Shown: positions 1 through 10,220, counted from the stretch's first letter. The stretch is 64,000 nt of DNA from Vicinamibacteria bacterium (GCA_963668695.2 CAXXLQ010000004.1:960001-1024000), one strand, 5' to 3'. The notes: generated by a model not told the origin, from the sequence alone. Numbers and translations are program-made.

Positions 1-87
1 TTCCGCGCCACGTTGTTCGGTCTGCTCCCGCAGCCAATCCGCCGCCGCCAACCGGATCGCGTGATCGTCGAACGATGCTGGAACCAA
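1..87 (-). CDS. Possible 5' end of a gene running off the window (resembles the N-terminus of HNH restriction-endonuclease-like proteins)
   Basis: The minus strand after the 88-282 stop reads LVPASFDDHAIRLAAADWLREQTEQRGAE with no stop to the window edge. Family resemblance is from memory only. Confidence 0.25.
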   Translation of the reverse strand, partial: MVPASFDDHAIRLAAADWLREQTEQRGAE

Positions 88-282
88 CTAAACCTCGATC
101 GAGGGTTGCGGATCAGGCTGCTGAGCCCGGGGGCAGCCGTCGCAGGCGTCTCCGACCGGACCTTCAACACCGCACCGTCTCAGCACGCAGCGGCCCTTCA
201 GGAGCGAGCCGAGTCCGAGCAGGAAGATCGAGAGCGCGACTACCGCAAGGGAGAGGAGGACGACTACGAGCGCTTGAAACAT
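88..282 (-). CDS. nqrM: NqrM-like (Na+-NQR maturation) small membrane protein
   Basis: 64 aa with an N-terminal TM helix followed by a Cys cluster (KGRCVLRRC...DACDGC). Same strand as, and downstream of, apbE/nqr, where nqrM normally lies. Confidence 0.5.
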   Translation of the reverse strand: MFQALVVVLLSLAVVALSIFLLGLGSLLKGRCVLRRCGVEGPVGDACDGCPRAQQPDPQPSIEV

Positions 283-377
283 CCGCGGCTCATCCTACCG
301 CCGGCCGGCGCGTGGGATTCGGGATTCGCCTCCACGGACATGGATTGAAGCTGTCAGACACCCGCGGCCGATGCAGA

Positions 378-417
378 ATGACTTGATAGGTCATGATCCA
401 AAGACCATAATGGACCC
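378..417 (+). promoter_or_regulatory. Sigma70-type promoter with overlapping operator palindrome for the TA operon (probably leaderless)
   Basis: TTGATA (383-388)-N17-CATAAT (406-411); the ATG at 418 sits at the expected +1 with no SD. Inverted repeat ATGAC-N7-GTCAT (378-394) overlaps the -35. Confidence 0.6.
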
Positions 418-699
418 ATGCAGACCGCGTCCGTTTCCGAACTCAAGGCGAACCTCTCCCGATATCTGCGCGAAGTGCGGCGCGGGGGTGAAATTCAAAT
501 CCTCAGTCGGGGCACTCCGATTGCGCGACTCATCCCGTTAGCGGAGAGTCAGGATGACGACCGGCAGCGGCTGATCGCGGCGGGAATTCTGAGACCGGGG
601 AAAGGGACCGGCAGGGTGTTTCTGGAGAGACCGCCCTTGAAGGTGCCAGGGGTGAATCTCTCGGGAGCCCTTCAGGAGGATCGTGAGGATCGGGTGTGA
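418..699 (+). CDS. Type II antitoxin, Phd/YefM family
   Basis: MQTASVSELKANLSRYLREVRRGGEIQILSRGTPIARLIP is a Phd/YefM signature; GTGA overlap with the PIN gene. Confidence 0.9.
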   Translation: MQTASVSELKANLSRYLREVRRGGEIQILSRGTPIARLIPLAESQDDDRQRLIAAGILRPGKGTGRVFLERPPLKVPGVNLSGALQEDREDRV

Positions 700-1127
700 G
701 GTACTGGGACACTTCGGCGCTCGTCCCGCTCATCCTTGAGGAAGGGTCCACGACACGGGTGCGGCGGTGGCTCGACGACGACGATCACGTCGTCACCTGG
801 GTCTGGACGCGAGCGGAGATCATCAGCGCTATCGAGCGCCGGGTCAGGGAGAGCCTCCTGTCTCGGGAACAGCGGCGGGCCGCACTGGACGGCGTGGACA
901 GCTTGGCGGGTCAATGGGATGAAGTAACCGAAGTCCTCGCCGTTCGGTCCCGCGCGACTTCCCTTCTCGCCCGCCACCCGCTGCGCGCCGCCGATGCCGG
1001 GCAGCTTGGCGCCGCTTTGCTGGCGCAGAGTCAGAGCGCCGGCCAGCTCACGTTCGTCTGTCTGGACCAGAACCTTTCAACCGCGGCGGAACGCGAAGGG
1101 TTTCGCGTGCTCGATACCGCGAGCTGA
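696..1127 (+). CDS. vapC: Type II toxin, VapC/PIN domain ribonuclease
   Basis: YWDTSALVPL...LRAADAGQLGAAL...FVCLDQNL PIN motifs. Confidence 0.9.
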   Translation: MRYWDTSALVPLILEEGSTTRVRRWLDDDDHVVTWVWTRAEIISAIERRVRESLLSREQRRAALDGVDSLAGQWDEVTEVLAVRSRATSLLARHPLRAADAGQLGAALLAQSQSAGQLTFVCLDQNLSTAAEREGFRVLDTAS

Positions 1128-1167
1128 TCGGAAGCCGTGCCTCGGCGCGGGACCGGGGCCTGACTCT

Positions 1168-2274
1168 TCACTCGGTCGGACTCCGGACCGCGGCGCCGAA
1201 GGCAGTGGAAGTGGTTTCCTCGACAGTTCCTTCCGGGTTCGCGGTGAGGAAGAGCGCCGCGAGACCGCGGGCTTCGGCGAGTTCGAGTCCCGCGTCGGGG
1301 CCGAGGACGTAGAGCGCCGTAGCCCAGGCGTCGGCATCAACGCACGAGTCCGCAAGCACCGTGACCGAGCCGGTCCGCCGTTCGACCGGGCGGCCGGTGC
1401 GGGGATCCAGGATGTGGGTCCAGAACCGATCCTCCTCGCCGTCGGCGGCGCGGAAATCCCGGTAGCCGCCGGAGGTCGCCATTCCGAGGTCGCGTAGCGG
1501 AAACGACCGGTGGACCCGGGTGGCCAGGCCGCCGGAAGGGTTCTGGACGCCCGCCGTCCATTCGCCCTGCGCCTGAATCTCGCCCCCGACCTCAACGAGA
1601 TGTTCCGTAAACCCCAGTTCGGTGAGCGCAGCGGAAACCCGGTCCACCGCGTAGCCCTTGGCGATTCCGGAGAGATCCATTTCGATATCCGGAATCTGTC
1701 GATGGAGGACGGCGCGCCCGCCGGGTTCGCGTTCGACAAAGAGCAGGCCGCTGCCGACCAGGGAACGGATAGCCTCGAACTCCGCGGAGTTGGGCGCCGG
1801 CTGATCGGGATCCCCGCCGGGACCGAAACCGAAGAGCCGGAGCAGCGGCCCGACGGTGATGTCGAAGGCGCCGCTGGATTCGTCGTGGACGCGAAGCGCC
1901 GATTCGAGAACCAGCGCCAGGGGATCGGAGATCGGCAACGGGCCGGTTTCTTTTGATGCGTTCAGACGGGAGAGTTCGGAATCGGGACGCCAGTTGGACA
2001 TGCTGCGATCCACGGCGTCGAGTTCGGCCTCGATGGCGGCGCGGACGGCGTCGGCGTTTGTTTCGGGGCCGCGGATCTGGACGGTCCAACGGGTACCGAA
2101 GGCTTCGCCGTCGAGGGTCCAGGATGGGGTGGGGGGTGGCGGCGTGCAGGAGGCGGCCCAGGTCAGGGCTGTGAGCGCGAGCAGCGCTTCGGGTTTCGCC
2201 CGCCTCCGGCGGGCGGTGCCGGTCTGAAGGCCCCCACCGGGAGAACTGGCGGCGTTCCCTAATCGCAGCGCCAT
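1168..2274 (-). CDS. apbE: FAD:protein FMN transferase ApbE (start uncertain; 5' end overlaps repeat DNA)
   Basis: GEAFGTRW, MSNWRPDSELSRLN, GAFDITVGPL, DLSGIAKGYAVD, MATSGGYR, HILDPRTG, ADAWATAL; lipobox-like AASC; follows nqrF. Confidence 0.93.
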   Translation of the reverse strand: MALRLGNAASSPGGGLQTGTARRRRAKPEALLALTALTWAASCTPPPPTPSWTLDGEAFGTRWTVQIRGPETNADAVRAAIEAELDAVDRSMSNWRPDSELSRLNASKETGPLPISDPLALVLESALRVHDESSGAFDITVGPLLRLFGFGPGGDPDQPAPNSAEFEAIRSLVGSGLLFVEREPGGRAVLHRQIPDIEMDLSGIAKGYAVDRVSAALTELGFTEHLVEVGGEIQAQGEWTAGVQNPSGGLATRVHRSFPLRDLGMATSGGYRDFRAADGEEDRFWTHILDPRTGRPVERRTGSVTVLADSCVDADAWATALYVLGPDAGLELAEARGLAALFLTANPEGTVEETTSTAFGAAVRSPTE

Positions 2275-2461
2275 GCCGTCTACCGACACAGCCCCCTCCG
2301 CTGTCGCGCGCGCTTCACGCCGCTCAGCATCGTGCGTTCTCGCGGCCCTCCGGGCCGCAGTGCCGGCCCCCACCGGGAGACTGGCCGGAGGTCGGCGTTC
2401 CCTTGCCTTCGCGCCGTGATGCCGACCGAAGACCGCCGGCCCCTTCCCGGCCCGGGCCGCA

Positions 2462-3691
2462 TCAGCCGAAGTCGTCGAAGGCGATGTTTTCCGGCTCCAC
2501 GCCGAGGCTGTCGAGCATCTGGAGGCAGGCCTTGAGCATGAGCGGCGGGCCGCAGAGGTAGTACTCGGCGTCTTCGGGGCTCGGGTGGTCCTTCAGGTAG
2601 TGGTCGTAGAGGACCTGGTGGATGAAGCCGGTGTAGCCGGCCCAGTTGTCCTCGGGGAGGGGCTCGGATAGCGCCAGTTTCCAGTCGAAGTTGGGATTCT
2701 CGGCGGCGATCGCGTCGAAGTCGTCCTGGTAGAAGGCTTCCCGGAGGCTCCGGGCGCCGTACCAGAAGGACACCCGGCGGTTCGTCCGGAGCCGCCGGAA
2801 CTGGTCGAAGATGTGGGAGCGCATCGGCGCCATGCCGGCCCCGCCGCCGACAAAGACCATTTCGTGGTCGGTCTCCTTGGCGAAGAACTCGCCGAAGGGG
2901 CCCGAAATCGTCACCTCATCCCCCGGTTTCAGCCCGAAGAGCCAGGACGTCATCTTGCCGGGCGGGACATCGGGCATCCGGGGCGGCGGCGAGGCGATCC
3001 GCACGTTCAGCAGGATGATGCCCCGCTCCTCGGGATAGTTCGCCATCGAGTAGGCGCGCACCACCTCCTCCCCATCGGCCACCGAAGCGGTGTACTTCCA
3101 CATGTTGAAGCGGTCCCAGTCGTCCCGGTACTCCTCCTCGATCTCGAAATCCCGGTAACGGAACTCGTACGGCGGGCAATCGATCTGGATGTAGCCGCCG
3201 GCGCGGAAGGGCACGGCCTCTCCCGGCGGCAGCTCGAGCACCAGTTCCTTGATGAAGGTCGCCACGTTGTGGTTCGAGCGGACCCGGCATTTCCACTGCC
3301 GCACGCTGAAGAGTTCGGCCGGGATCTCGATTTTCAGATCCTGCTTCACCCGGACCTGGCAGGAGAGCCGGACGCCCTCGCGCTCCTCTCCGCGGGTGAG
3401 GTGGCTGCGCTCGGTCGGAAGGACGGCGCCGCCCCCGTCGAGCACCTTCAGGGTGCATACCCCGCAACTCCCCTTCCCGCCGCAGGCGGAGGGGATGAAG
3501 AGCTGCTGCGCCGCGAGGGTGCCGAGCAGCGTGCCCCCCGCCGGCGTGCAGATGTCGTGCTCCGGATCGTCGTTGATCCGGATCGTCACCTCCCCGGTGG
3601 CCACCAGGCGCTTTCGCGCGTAGAGGAGCGCGACCACCAGCGCCAGGATGACCCCGGTGAAGCCGGCAACCCCGAGGAGGACGGTGGTCAT
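2462..3691 (-). CDS. nqrF: Na+-NQR subunit F
   Basis: 2Fe-2S motif [12 protein letters not shown]...RLSCQ; RAYSMAN; [16 protein letters not shown]; C-terminal FDDFG. Confidence 0.97.
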   Translation of the reverse strand: MTTVLLGVAGFTGVILALVVALLYARKRLVATGEVTIRINDDPEHDICTPAGGTLLGTLAAQQLFIPSACGGKGSCGVCTLKVLDGGGAVLPTERSHLTRGEEREGVRLSCQVRVKQDLKIEIPAELFSVRQWKCRVRSNHNVATFIKELVLELPPGEAVPFRAGGYIQIDCPPYEFRYRDFEIEEEYRDDWDRFNMWKYTASVADGEEVVRAYSMANYPEERGIILLNVRIASPPPRMPDVPPGKMTSWLFGLKPGDEVTISGPFGEFFAKETDHEMVFVGGGAGMAPMRSHIFDQFRRLRTNRRVSFWYGARSLREAFYQDDFDAIAAENPNFDWKLALSEPLPEDNWAGYTGFIHQVLYDHYLKDHPSPEDAEYYLCGPPLMLKACLQMLDSLGVEPENIAFDDFG

Positions 3692-3697
3692 GGACGA

Positions 3698-4318
3698 CTA
3701 CAACTGGATGCCGCCGAAGGCCATGAAACCGATGGCCATCAGCCCGGTGAGCAGGAAGGTGATGCCGAGCCCGCGCAGCCCGGCCGGAATGTGGTGGTAC
3801 CGCAGTCGCTCCCGGATCCCGGCCAGCGCGGCGATCGCGAGCGCCCAGCCGAGGCCGGACCCGAACCCGAACACCGCCGCTTCCGGCAGGGTGAGACCGC
3901 GCTCCACCATCAGCAGCGACGCGCCGAGGATCGCGCAGTTGACCGCGATGAGCGGCAGGAAAACCCCGAGGGCGGCGTGGAGGATCGGAAAGAAGCGGTC
4001 GAGCGCCATTTCGACCACCTGGACGGTGGCCGCGATCGTCCCGATGAAGGTGAGGAAGCGGAGGAACGACAGGTCCTGGCCCGACAGCGAGGCGTGCGCC
4101 CAGCCGAGAGCTCCGGGACGGAGCAGATAGTCGTTGATGGCGTGGTTCAGGGGAACCGTGACCGTGAGGACGAAGACCACCGCCGCCCCGAGGCCGATGG
4201 CGGTGCTGACCCGCTTCGAGACGGCGAGGAACGAGCACATCCCCAGGAAGAAGGTCAGCGCCATGTTCTCGACGAAGATCGCCTTGATCGCGATGTTCAG
4301 ATAGTCCTGAAGCATCAC
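3698..4318 (-). CDS. nqrE: Na+-NQR subunit E
   Basis: [22 protein letters not shown]...[12 protein letters not shown]. Confidence 0.96.
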   Translation of the reverse strand: MMLQDYLNIAIKAIFVENMALTFFLGMCSFLAVSKRVSTAIGLGAAVVFVLTVTVPLNHAINDYLLRPGALGWAHASLSGQDLSFLRFLTFIGTIAATVQVVEMALDRFFPILHAALGVFLPLIAVNCAILGASLLMVERGLTLPEAAVFGFGSGLGWALAIAALAGIRERLRYHHIPAGLRGLGITFLLTGLMAIGFMAFGGIQL

Positions 4319-4938
4319 TCCGCCTCGTTCTGCTCGGGCCGGAAGGTCCGCAGGCCCCAGATCAGGAAGCCGATCACGAAGAACGCGCCGGGGGACAGGC
4401 TCATCAGCCCGTTGGGGACGAACCAGCCTCCCTCGGAAGCAAGCGGCAGCACCGGGATGCCCCAGAAGGAGCCGGCGCCCAGGATCTCGCGGAACGCTCC
4501 GGTGACGAGCAGGATGGCCGCGTACCCGAGGCCGTTTCCGATCCCGTCGATGAGGCTCCTGAGCGGCGGGTTCTGCATCGCGAACGCCTCCGCGCGGCCC
4601 ATGATGATGCAGTTCGTGATGATGAGACCCACGAAGACGCTGAGCTGCTTCGAGATCTCATAGACATACGCCTTCAGGATCTGGTCGGTGACGATGACCA
4701 GCGAGGCGATGATGGTGAGTTGGACGATGATCCGGATGCTGGTCGGGATCAGGTTCCGCAGCAGACTGATCGACAGATTGGAGAGCCCGGTCACCGCCAC
4801 CACCGCGACGCTCATCACGAACGAGGTCTGCATGCCGGTGGTGACCGCGAGCGCCGAACAGATCCCGAGCACCTGAAGCGCGATCGGGTTGTTTTGGATG
4901 AGCGGATCCATCAGGACCCGCCGCACTTCGGTGGCCAT
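4315..4938 (-). CDS. nqrD: Na+-NQR subunit D
   Basis: [18 protein letters not shown]...[22 protein letters not shown]. Confidence 0.96.
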   Translation of the reverse strand: MATEVRRVLMDPLIQNNPIALQVLGICSALAVTTGMQTSFVMSVAVVAVTGLSNLSISLLRNLIPTSIRIIVQLTIIASLVIVTDQILKAYVYEISKQLSVFVGLIITNCIIMGRAEAFAMQNPPLRSLIDGIGNGLGYAAILLVTGAFREILGAGSFWGIPVLPLASEGGWFVPNGLMSLSPGAFFVIGFLIWGLRTFRPEQNEAE

Positions 4939-4944
4939 ACGCGT

Positions 4945-5727
4945 CTAGTCGCCGGCGGCGCTCAGTCGTTCCCCAAGTCTTTGCAGGAAAGGGCCGAAGC
5001 CATTCTCGGCCAACCAGAAACGGAGCAGATTGGTGACGCCGCGACTGGTCATGGTGGCGCCCGACAGCCCGTCCACCCGGTGCGGGTCCTCGGCCGGCGG
5101 CCCGGCGGCGGCCCGCGCCACCTCGATCACCGGCTCGCCGGAGGGGCCGAACACCCGTCGTCCCGGCCAAAGCGCTTTCCAATTCGGGTTGTCCACCTCC
5201 CCGCCCAGCCCGGGGGTCTCCTTGTGCTCGTAGAAGGTGAGTCCGCGCACCGTGTCGAGATCCGCCTCGAGCGCCAGGTAGCCGTAGAGCACGGACCAGA
5301 GCCCCTGCCCCCGGATCGGCAGCACGACCGCCTCGAGTTGTCCACCTTGTTCGATGAGGTAGACCACCGAGCGTTTCTCCACCCGCCGGACGCGCGCCAG
5401 GTTTTTCGGAACCGGGCGCGAGGAATCCGTGATGCCGGCCTCGACCAGCGGATCCACGCTCGTCGGATCCACCTCGGGAAGCTCGGCGCCGGTTTCGAGA
5501 TCCACCACCACCGCGCGGACCGCCGCGAAGCGCTCGGCCATCGCCGACTCGGAGAGATCCTCGTCGGGAACGGCGAGCCCGGCGGCAAGAAGAACGTTGC
5601 GCTGCCGCTCCCGCTCGGCGTTTGCCGCCTGCAGATCCCGCAGGGCGACCGCCGAGCCCGACACCATCACCGCACAGACGAGGCACACGGCCGCCGCGAA
5701 CCCCAGGATGTAGCGAGCGGTTCTCAC
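4945..5727 (-). CDS. nqrC: Na+-NQR subunit C
   Basis: GQGLWS, HKETPGLGGEVDNPNW, FMN-attachment motif DGLSGATMTSRGV. Confidence 0.96.
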   Translation of the reverse strand: MRTARYILGFAAAVCLVCAVMVSGSAVALRDLQAANAERERQRNVLLAAGLAVPDEDLSESAMAERFAAVRAVVVDLETGAELPEVDPTSVDPLVEAGITDSSRPVPKNLARVRRVEKRSVVYLIEQGGQLEAVVLPIRGQGLWSVLYGYLALEADLDTVRGLTFYEHKETPGLGGEVDNPNWKALWPGRRVFGPSGEPVIEVARAAAGPPAEDPHRVDGLSGATMTSRGVTNLLRFWLAENGFGPFLQRLGERLSAAGD

Positions 5728-5760
5728 GAAAACGGCGGAAGGATGTTAGCCCTCGTCCCG

Positions 5761-7053
5761 CTAGCCTGTTTCGCCGCCTGCGGCGGCGATGCCGGTCTGA
5801 AGGCCTCCACCGGGAGAACTGGCGGCGCCCCGGGCCCTCCGGCGGACGTTGCTCCGCAGGGCGAAATGGTCGATGAGCGGCGCGAAGACATTCATCAGCA
5901 GGATGGAGAGCATCATGCCTTCCGGGTAGGCGGGATTCACGACCCGGATCAGCACCACCAACACCCCGATGAGGAAACCGTAGACCACCCGCCCGCCGTT
6001 CGTCGAGGGCGCCGTCACCGGCTCGGTGGCCATGAACACGGCGCCGAAGGCCCACCCGCCCAGCAGGTAGTGCCACCAGAACGGCATTGCGAAAAACGGA
6101 TTGGTATCCGAACCGATCAGGTTCAGGAGGCCGCCCACTACGAAGGTCCCTGCCGCCACCGCCAGCATGATCCGGAGCGAACCGATCCCGGTCGCTACCA
6201 GCACGAGCGCACCGAAGAGGCAGGCGAGCACCGAGGTTTCGCCCATGGAACCGGGCAGCAGACCGATGAAGGCGTCCCACGCCGAGATCCCCGCACCGCC
6301 CGCCGGATGGAACGTCTCTTGAAGCGCCTCCGGACCGATGAGACTGAGCCGCGCGAGCCAGGTCGCCCCGCTGACCGCGTCGGGAGCGGTGTCGGCGGCG
6401 ATCCAGATGCGGTCCCCGCTGAGGTCGCTCGGATAGGCGAAGAACAAAAACGCCCGGGCGGTCAGCGCCGGGTTCAGGATGTTGAAACCGCTGCCTCCGA
6501 AAATCTCCTTGCCCACCACCACGCCGAAGCTGATGCCGAGCGCGACCTGCCAGAGCGGAACGGTGGGCGGCAGGATGAGCGGGAAGAGCATCCCGGTGAC
6601 CAGGAAGCCCTCGCTGACCTCGTGGCGCCGGACCGCCGCGAAGACCACTTCCCAGGCGCCGCCGACGGCGAAGGTGACGATCAGGACCGGCAGGTACCAG
6701 AGGCCGCCATGGACCACCGCAGCGAGCACGCTGTCCGGAGAAAACCCGATGCCGAGGGCCTCGATGACGCCGCTCCGCCACCCCGGAAGGGGCGACGCGC
6801 CGTGGGCGATTGCCAGGTTCGCCTGAAGGCCGGTGTTGTAGAAGGCCATCGCCACCGTGCCGGCGAGGGCCGCCACCACCGTGAACATGAGCCGCTTCAT
6901 GTCGAGGCGGTCGCGGGCGTGCGACGGCCCGGCCGTGGTCTTCCCGGGGGTGTAGAGGAAGGTGTCCTGCGCGTCCCAGAGCGGCCACAGGCGATGGAGC
7001 GGGCCCCCGGCTTCGAAGGGAGCCCCGAGCCGGTCCAGCAGCGAACGCAGCAC
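5761..7053 (-). CDS. nqrB: Na+-NQR subunit B (C-terminal tail is repeat-derived)
   Basis: EGFLVTGMLFPL, KEIFGGSGFNILNPAL, FMN site DAVSGAT, GSMGETS, FMATEPVT. Confidence 0.96.
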   Translation of the reverse strand: MLRSLLDRLGAPFEAGGPLHRLWPLWDAQDTFLYTPGKTTAGPSHARDRLDMKRLMFTVVAALAGTVAMAFYNTGLQANLAIAHGASPLPGWRSGVIEALGIGFSPDSVLAAVVHGGLWYLPVLIVTFAVGGAWEVVFAAVRRHEVSEGFLVTGMLFPLILPPTVPLWQVALGISFGVVVGKEIFGGSGFNILNPALTARAFLFFAYPSDLSGDRIWIAADTAPDAVSGATWLARLSLIGPEALQETFHPAGGAGISAWDAFIGLLPGSMGETSVLACLFGALVLVATGIGSLRIMLAVAAGTFVVGGLLNLIGSDTNPFFAMPFWWHYLLGGWAFGAVFMATEPVTAPSTNGGRVVYGFLIGVLVVLIRVVNPAYPEGMMLSILLMNVFAPLIDHFALRSNVRRRARGAASSPGGGLQTGIAAAGGETG

Positions 7054-7058
7054 CGGAC

Positions 7059-7263
7059 CTAACAGCCTGTGGTGGAACCCGGGTGAGCGCCGAGGCTGGC
7101 CAGTCTCCCGGTGGGGGCGAGGCGCCCGGCTGACAAGGCGCGTGAGGGAGGAATACCGGGTGTATTTCGACCGAAACGCAACGCAGAACGCAGCGAAGCG
7201 GAGTGGTTCAGCCGGGATGGATCGCCGGCCGAACGCCGCGCGGGTTTCACCACAGGCTGTTAA
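7059..7263. mobile_element. MITE (non-autonomous IS5-like element) between nqrA and nqrB
   Basis: Terminal inverted repeats CAGCCTGTGGTGGAACCCG / CGGGTTTCACCACAGGCTG flanked by CTAA/TTAA; internal sequence shared with the elements at 8.6, 33.0, 41.6 and 45.3 kb. Confidence 0.75.
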
Positions 7264-8642
7264 CCCTCCTTTTCCAGGGTGTCCAGGATCCGGCGCAGCG
7301 CCGGGGCGTAGTCGTTCTTCGCGGGGCAGGCGAAGCTCAGCAGACCCAGGTCCTCCTCGATGAGTTCGAGCACCCCAAGTTCCTCGGCCCGCTCGATGTC
7401 CTCCATCAGCAGGGCCCGGAGCAGCATCACCGCCGGGATGTCGAAAGCCATCACCCGCTCATAGCTCCCGATCGGCACGATGGCGCGCCGGGAACCGTAC
7501 GTCCCGGTGGTGAGGGGGCGGGCTCCGCCGGGCAGCACCGCGGAGAGGAAGGCGCGGCTCACCGAAACCGCGCCCGCACCGGGAGCGAGCCAGCCCAGGA
7601 ACCGCCGCCGGCGGTCTTCGGCGAGCACCGTCACCTGCCGGTGATAGCGGCCGAGGTAGCCCGCCACCTCATCCGAGACGGTCCGCCCGGAGAGGAGAGA
7701 CCCGGATATGACCCGGCGCTCGCCCGGAGTCCCGCCTTCGGAGGTGGCGAAGTCCACGAGCGACGCGCCGATGGGAGCGCGCATGAGGGTCGGCCGCCGG
7801 ACCGGAGGGCCTCCCAGCGACACCACCCGGTACGGATCACCGGCCCCCGTTCGGAAGAGCTTGCCGATGGAGGCCAGGTCCTGGGCGTCGAGGTGCCAGG
7901 CCTCGTGGCCGCGGCGGACCGGAGCCAGACGGTGGATGTGGAGTCCCGCGGTACCGGCTGGATGAGGCCCGGCGAACTCCTCGTGTCGGACCCGGCCCGC
8001 TTCCTTCACCGGAAGCTGCCGGCCGGCGCGGGAGCAGACGAATACCGGTCCCTCGGTGAGACGCGAAACGGCTCCGATTCCCCAGTCGAGATCGGTAGCC
8101 CGGTCCCGGACCGCGGCCACCGGATCCGGGGCGAGGGGGGCGGTGTCGGTGGCAGTGACGAAGATCGCGTGAGGCCGCGTCCCGGGGTTCGCCACCCGCC
8201 CGAAGGGCCGGGTGCGGATCGCGGTCCACTCCCCCGATTCGAGCAGAAGGTCCCGGACCGCGTCGTCGCCGAGCGCGTCGGGATGGCGCCCCGACCAGGC
8301 TCCCGGGGCATGTCCCGAGCTGCCCCCGCCGGCGCGTTCCCCGGGGTTCACCTCGATGACGAGCGAGACGAAGGCCCGGCGCTCGCCGCGATGCACCGCG
8401 GTCACCCGTCCCGCAAGCGGCGCGGTGAACCGGACCCCGGGCGTTTTCTTGTCCTCGAAGAGCACCGCACCCCGGGAAACCGAATCTCCCTCCCGGACCG
8501 TCATCGTGGGCCGGGTCCCGGGGTAGTCCGCGCCGAGCAGCGCGATCCTGGAGGGGATCCGGAGTTCGCCCGCCGGACCGTCCGGTGCGGGAGCCCCCAT
8601 GACGCGGATGTCGAATCCGCGGCGCACGGTATGAAGACTCAT
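7260..8642 (-). CDS. nqrA: Na+-NQR subunit A
   Basis: Start MSLHTVRRGFDIRV; LFEDKKTPGVRFTAP, WTAIRTRPF, GPHPAG, SGSLLSG, YLGRYHRQV, VPIGSYERV. Confidence 0.95.
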   Translation of the reverse strand: MSLHTVRRGFDIRVMGAPAPDGPAGELRIPSRIALLGADYPGTRPTMTVREGDSVSRGAVLFEDKKTPGVRFTAPLAGRVTAVHRGERRAFVSLVIEVNPGERAGGGSSGHAPGAWSGRHPDALGDDAVRDLLLESGEWTAIRTRPFGRVANPGTRPHAIFVTATDTAPLAPDPVAAVRDRATDLDWGIGAVSRLTEGPVFVCSRAGRQLPVKEAGRVRHEEFAGPHPAGTAGLHIHRLAPVRRGHEAWHLDAQDLASIGKLFRTGAGDPYRVVSLGGPPVRRPTLMRAPIGASLVDFATSEGGTPGERRVISGSLLSGRTVSDEVAGYLGRYHRQVTVLAEDRRRRFLGWLAPGAGAVSVSRAFLSAVLPGGARPLTTGTYGSRRAIVPIGSYERVMAFDIPAVMLLRALLMEDIERAEELGVLELIEEDLGLLSFACPAKNDYAPALRRILDTLEKEG

Positions 8643-9098
8643 TAGCGGCCCGTGGACAAGGTGGGGCGAGCACCGAGAGCGGCGAGGCCCAGTTCTCCCG
8701 GTGGGGCCAGTTCTCCCGGTGGGGCCAGTTCTCCCGGTGGGGGCCCGGCTGACAAGGCGCGCGAGGGAGGAGCTCCCACCGGGAGAACTGGCCCGAGTGT
8801 CTTTCGACCGAAGCGCAACGATGAGCGACGCGCAGCGGCAGTTCTCCCGGTGGGGGGGCGGTTCAGCCGGGATGGATCGCCGCTCGCTTCCGGAGCGGGG
8901 CGACAGCACCGCGCAGACCCCGGAGCGGAAGGGACAGGGGGCGGGGCACCCCGACCCCTAGCCCTGCTGGCTCGGGCTTCCGGAGCGGGGCGACAGCACC
9001 GCGCAGACCCCGGAGCGGAAGGGACAGGGGGCGGGGCACCCCGACCCCTAGCCCTTCTGGCTCGGGAATGCCGGTTCAGTTTGTTCACGGGCTGCTAG
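8642..9098. mobile_element. MITE upstream of nqrA with three tandem 18-bp motifs and a 90-bp duplication
   Basis: Ends TTAG-CGGCCCGTGGACAA / TTGTTCACGGGCTG-CTAG; CCAGTTCTCCCGGTGG at 8689, 8707 and 8725; direct repeat starting at 8886 and 8976. Confidence 0.7.
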
Positions 9099-9135
9099 GA
9101 CTTGGTGTTCAGAAGGGGTGCGAACCGGACCCCGG

Positions 9136-9210
9136 TCGGAAGAACTGGCGGGGCCGGAGAAACTGGCGGGGCCGGAGAAACTGGCGGGGCCGGAGAAACT
9201 GGCGGGGCCG
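9136..9210. repeat. 18-bp tandem repeat (CCGGAGAAACTGGCGGGG, ~4 copies)
   Basis: Seen directly; related to the CCGGGAGAACTGG motif. Confidence 0.85.
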
Positions 9211-9296
9211 GGGACCCGGGCAGGCCGGAACGGCGAATCATCCGTTTCTGGGCAACCGAGAATCTTCGCACAACGCGGCGGCCGGGCGGCGCGCCT

Positions 9297-10220
9297 TCAG
9301 GTCTCCCGGGGGGGCGCCGCCTTCCGGCGAACCGCCTGCTGGCGGGCCGCCTTCTTCGCGGCCTTCTTGCGGGTCGCTTTCTTCCGAGCCGCCTTCTTGC
9401 GGGTCGCCTTCTTCCGCGTGGCCTTCTTCCTCGCGGCTTTCTTCCGCGTGACCTTCTTCCGCGTGACCTTTTTCCGCGCCGCCTTCTTCACCGGGCGTTC
9501 CGAGTCCCGTGACTTCGGCTCCGTCTCGATCTCGACCCCGAAGAGGGCGGCCAGATCCTCCGGGCCGAACGCTTCGTCTTCGGGCGGGGCCGCCGCCTCG
9601 ACCGCCGCGCCCACCAGGTCGTCGGCGCTCACCCCCCGCAGGGTGAAGAGCTGTCCCGGGTCGTGGTCCAGCCGTGCGCCGATGCCGTACATCGCGGCGG
9701 CCGCGTGCTTGCACATCTCCGCCCAGTCGGGACAGGAGCAGTCCAACGCGATCTCGTCGGGCGACGGGAAGAGTCCTTCGCCGGGCCGGCTCACGATCTC
9801 CATCACGCGCTGGGGCGGCCTGCCGGAAAGAAGCTCCACCAGCGATCCGATCTCGCCGGCGCACTCGGTGCGAACGGACTTCCAGCGAGCTTCGGGGAGC
9901 GCAGCGATCCGGACGGAGATCTCGTAGAGGTCCGTCCCGTTGACCAGGGCGCGGACGAGACCCGGCTCCACCGCGAGGTGGACAACCGACCCGGTGCGCA
10001 CGTATTTCCGGCCGCGGGGCATGCGATTCTCGAAATCGCTGTAGTGAAGCAGGTTCTCGCACCACGCCTTGCCCCAGAAGGTCTTCGCGATCCGGTTGCC
10101 GGAGATCGGCTCCACGGGCACGACCTCCTTCCCCTCCTTCTTCAGCTTCCGGAGCCGCTCGGAAGCCCGGAAGCGCAGCTCGCCCACCGTCGGCGGCGAA
10201 TACCAGCGGCGGTAGTACAA
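9297..10220 (-). CDS. SWIM zinc-finger protein with Lys/Ala/Arg-rich histone-H1-like C-terminal tail
   Basis: TFWGKAWCENL...NRMPRGRKYVRTG; SWIM CSCPDWAEMCKH; tail of KKAAR/KKVTR/KKATR pentapeptides. Confidence 0.88.
   Translation of the reverse strand: MYYRRWYSPPTVGELRFRASERLRKLKKEGKEVVPVEPISGNRIAKTFWGKAWCENLLHYSDFENRMPRGRKYVRTGSVVHLAVEPGLVRALVNGTDLYEISVRIAALPEARWKSVRTECAGEIGSLVELLSGRPPQRVMEIVSRPGEGLFPSPDEIALDCSCPDWAEMCKHAAAAMYGIGARLDHDPGQLFTLRGVSADDLVGAAVEAAAPPEDEAFGPEDLAALFGVEIETEPKSRDSERPVKKAARKKVTRKKVTRKKAARKKATRKKATRKKAARKKATRKKAAKKAARQQAVRRKAAPPRET

Noticed and set aside
2813-7062. Long antisense or alternate-frame ORFs (616, 776, 780 aa; similar ones throughout the window)
   Set aside because: Shadow ORFs of high-GC genes, Arg/Pro/Gly-rich, with no recognisable motifs.
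8643-8909. N-terminal extension of NqrA (similar extensions for MoaA 45256-45549, PpiC 41998-42144, QhpA 55227-55862, QhpG 52804-53142)
   Set aside because: These run through MITE DNA or antisense genes; family homology starts at the downstream start codons.
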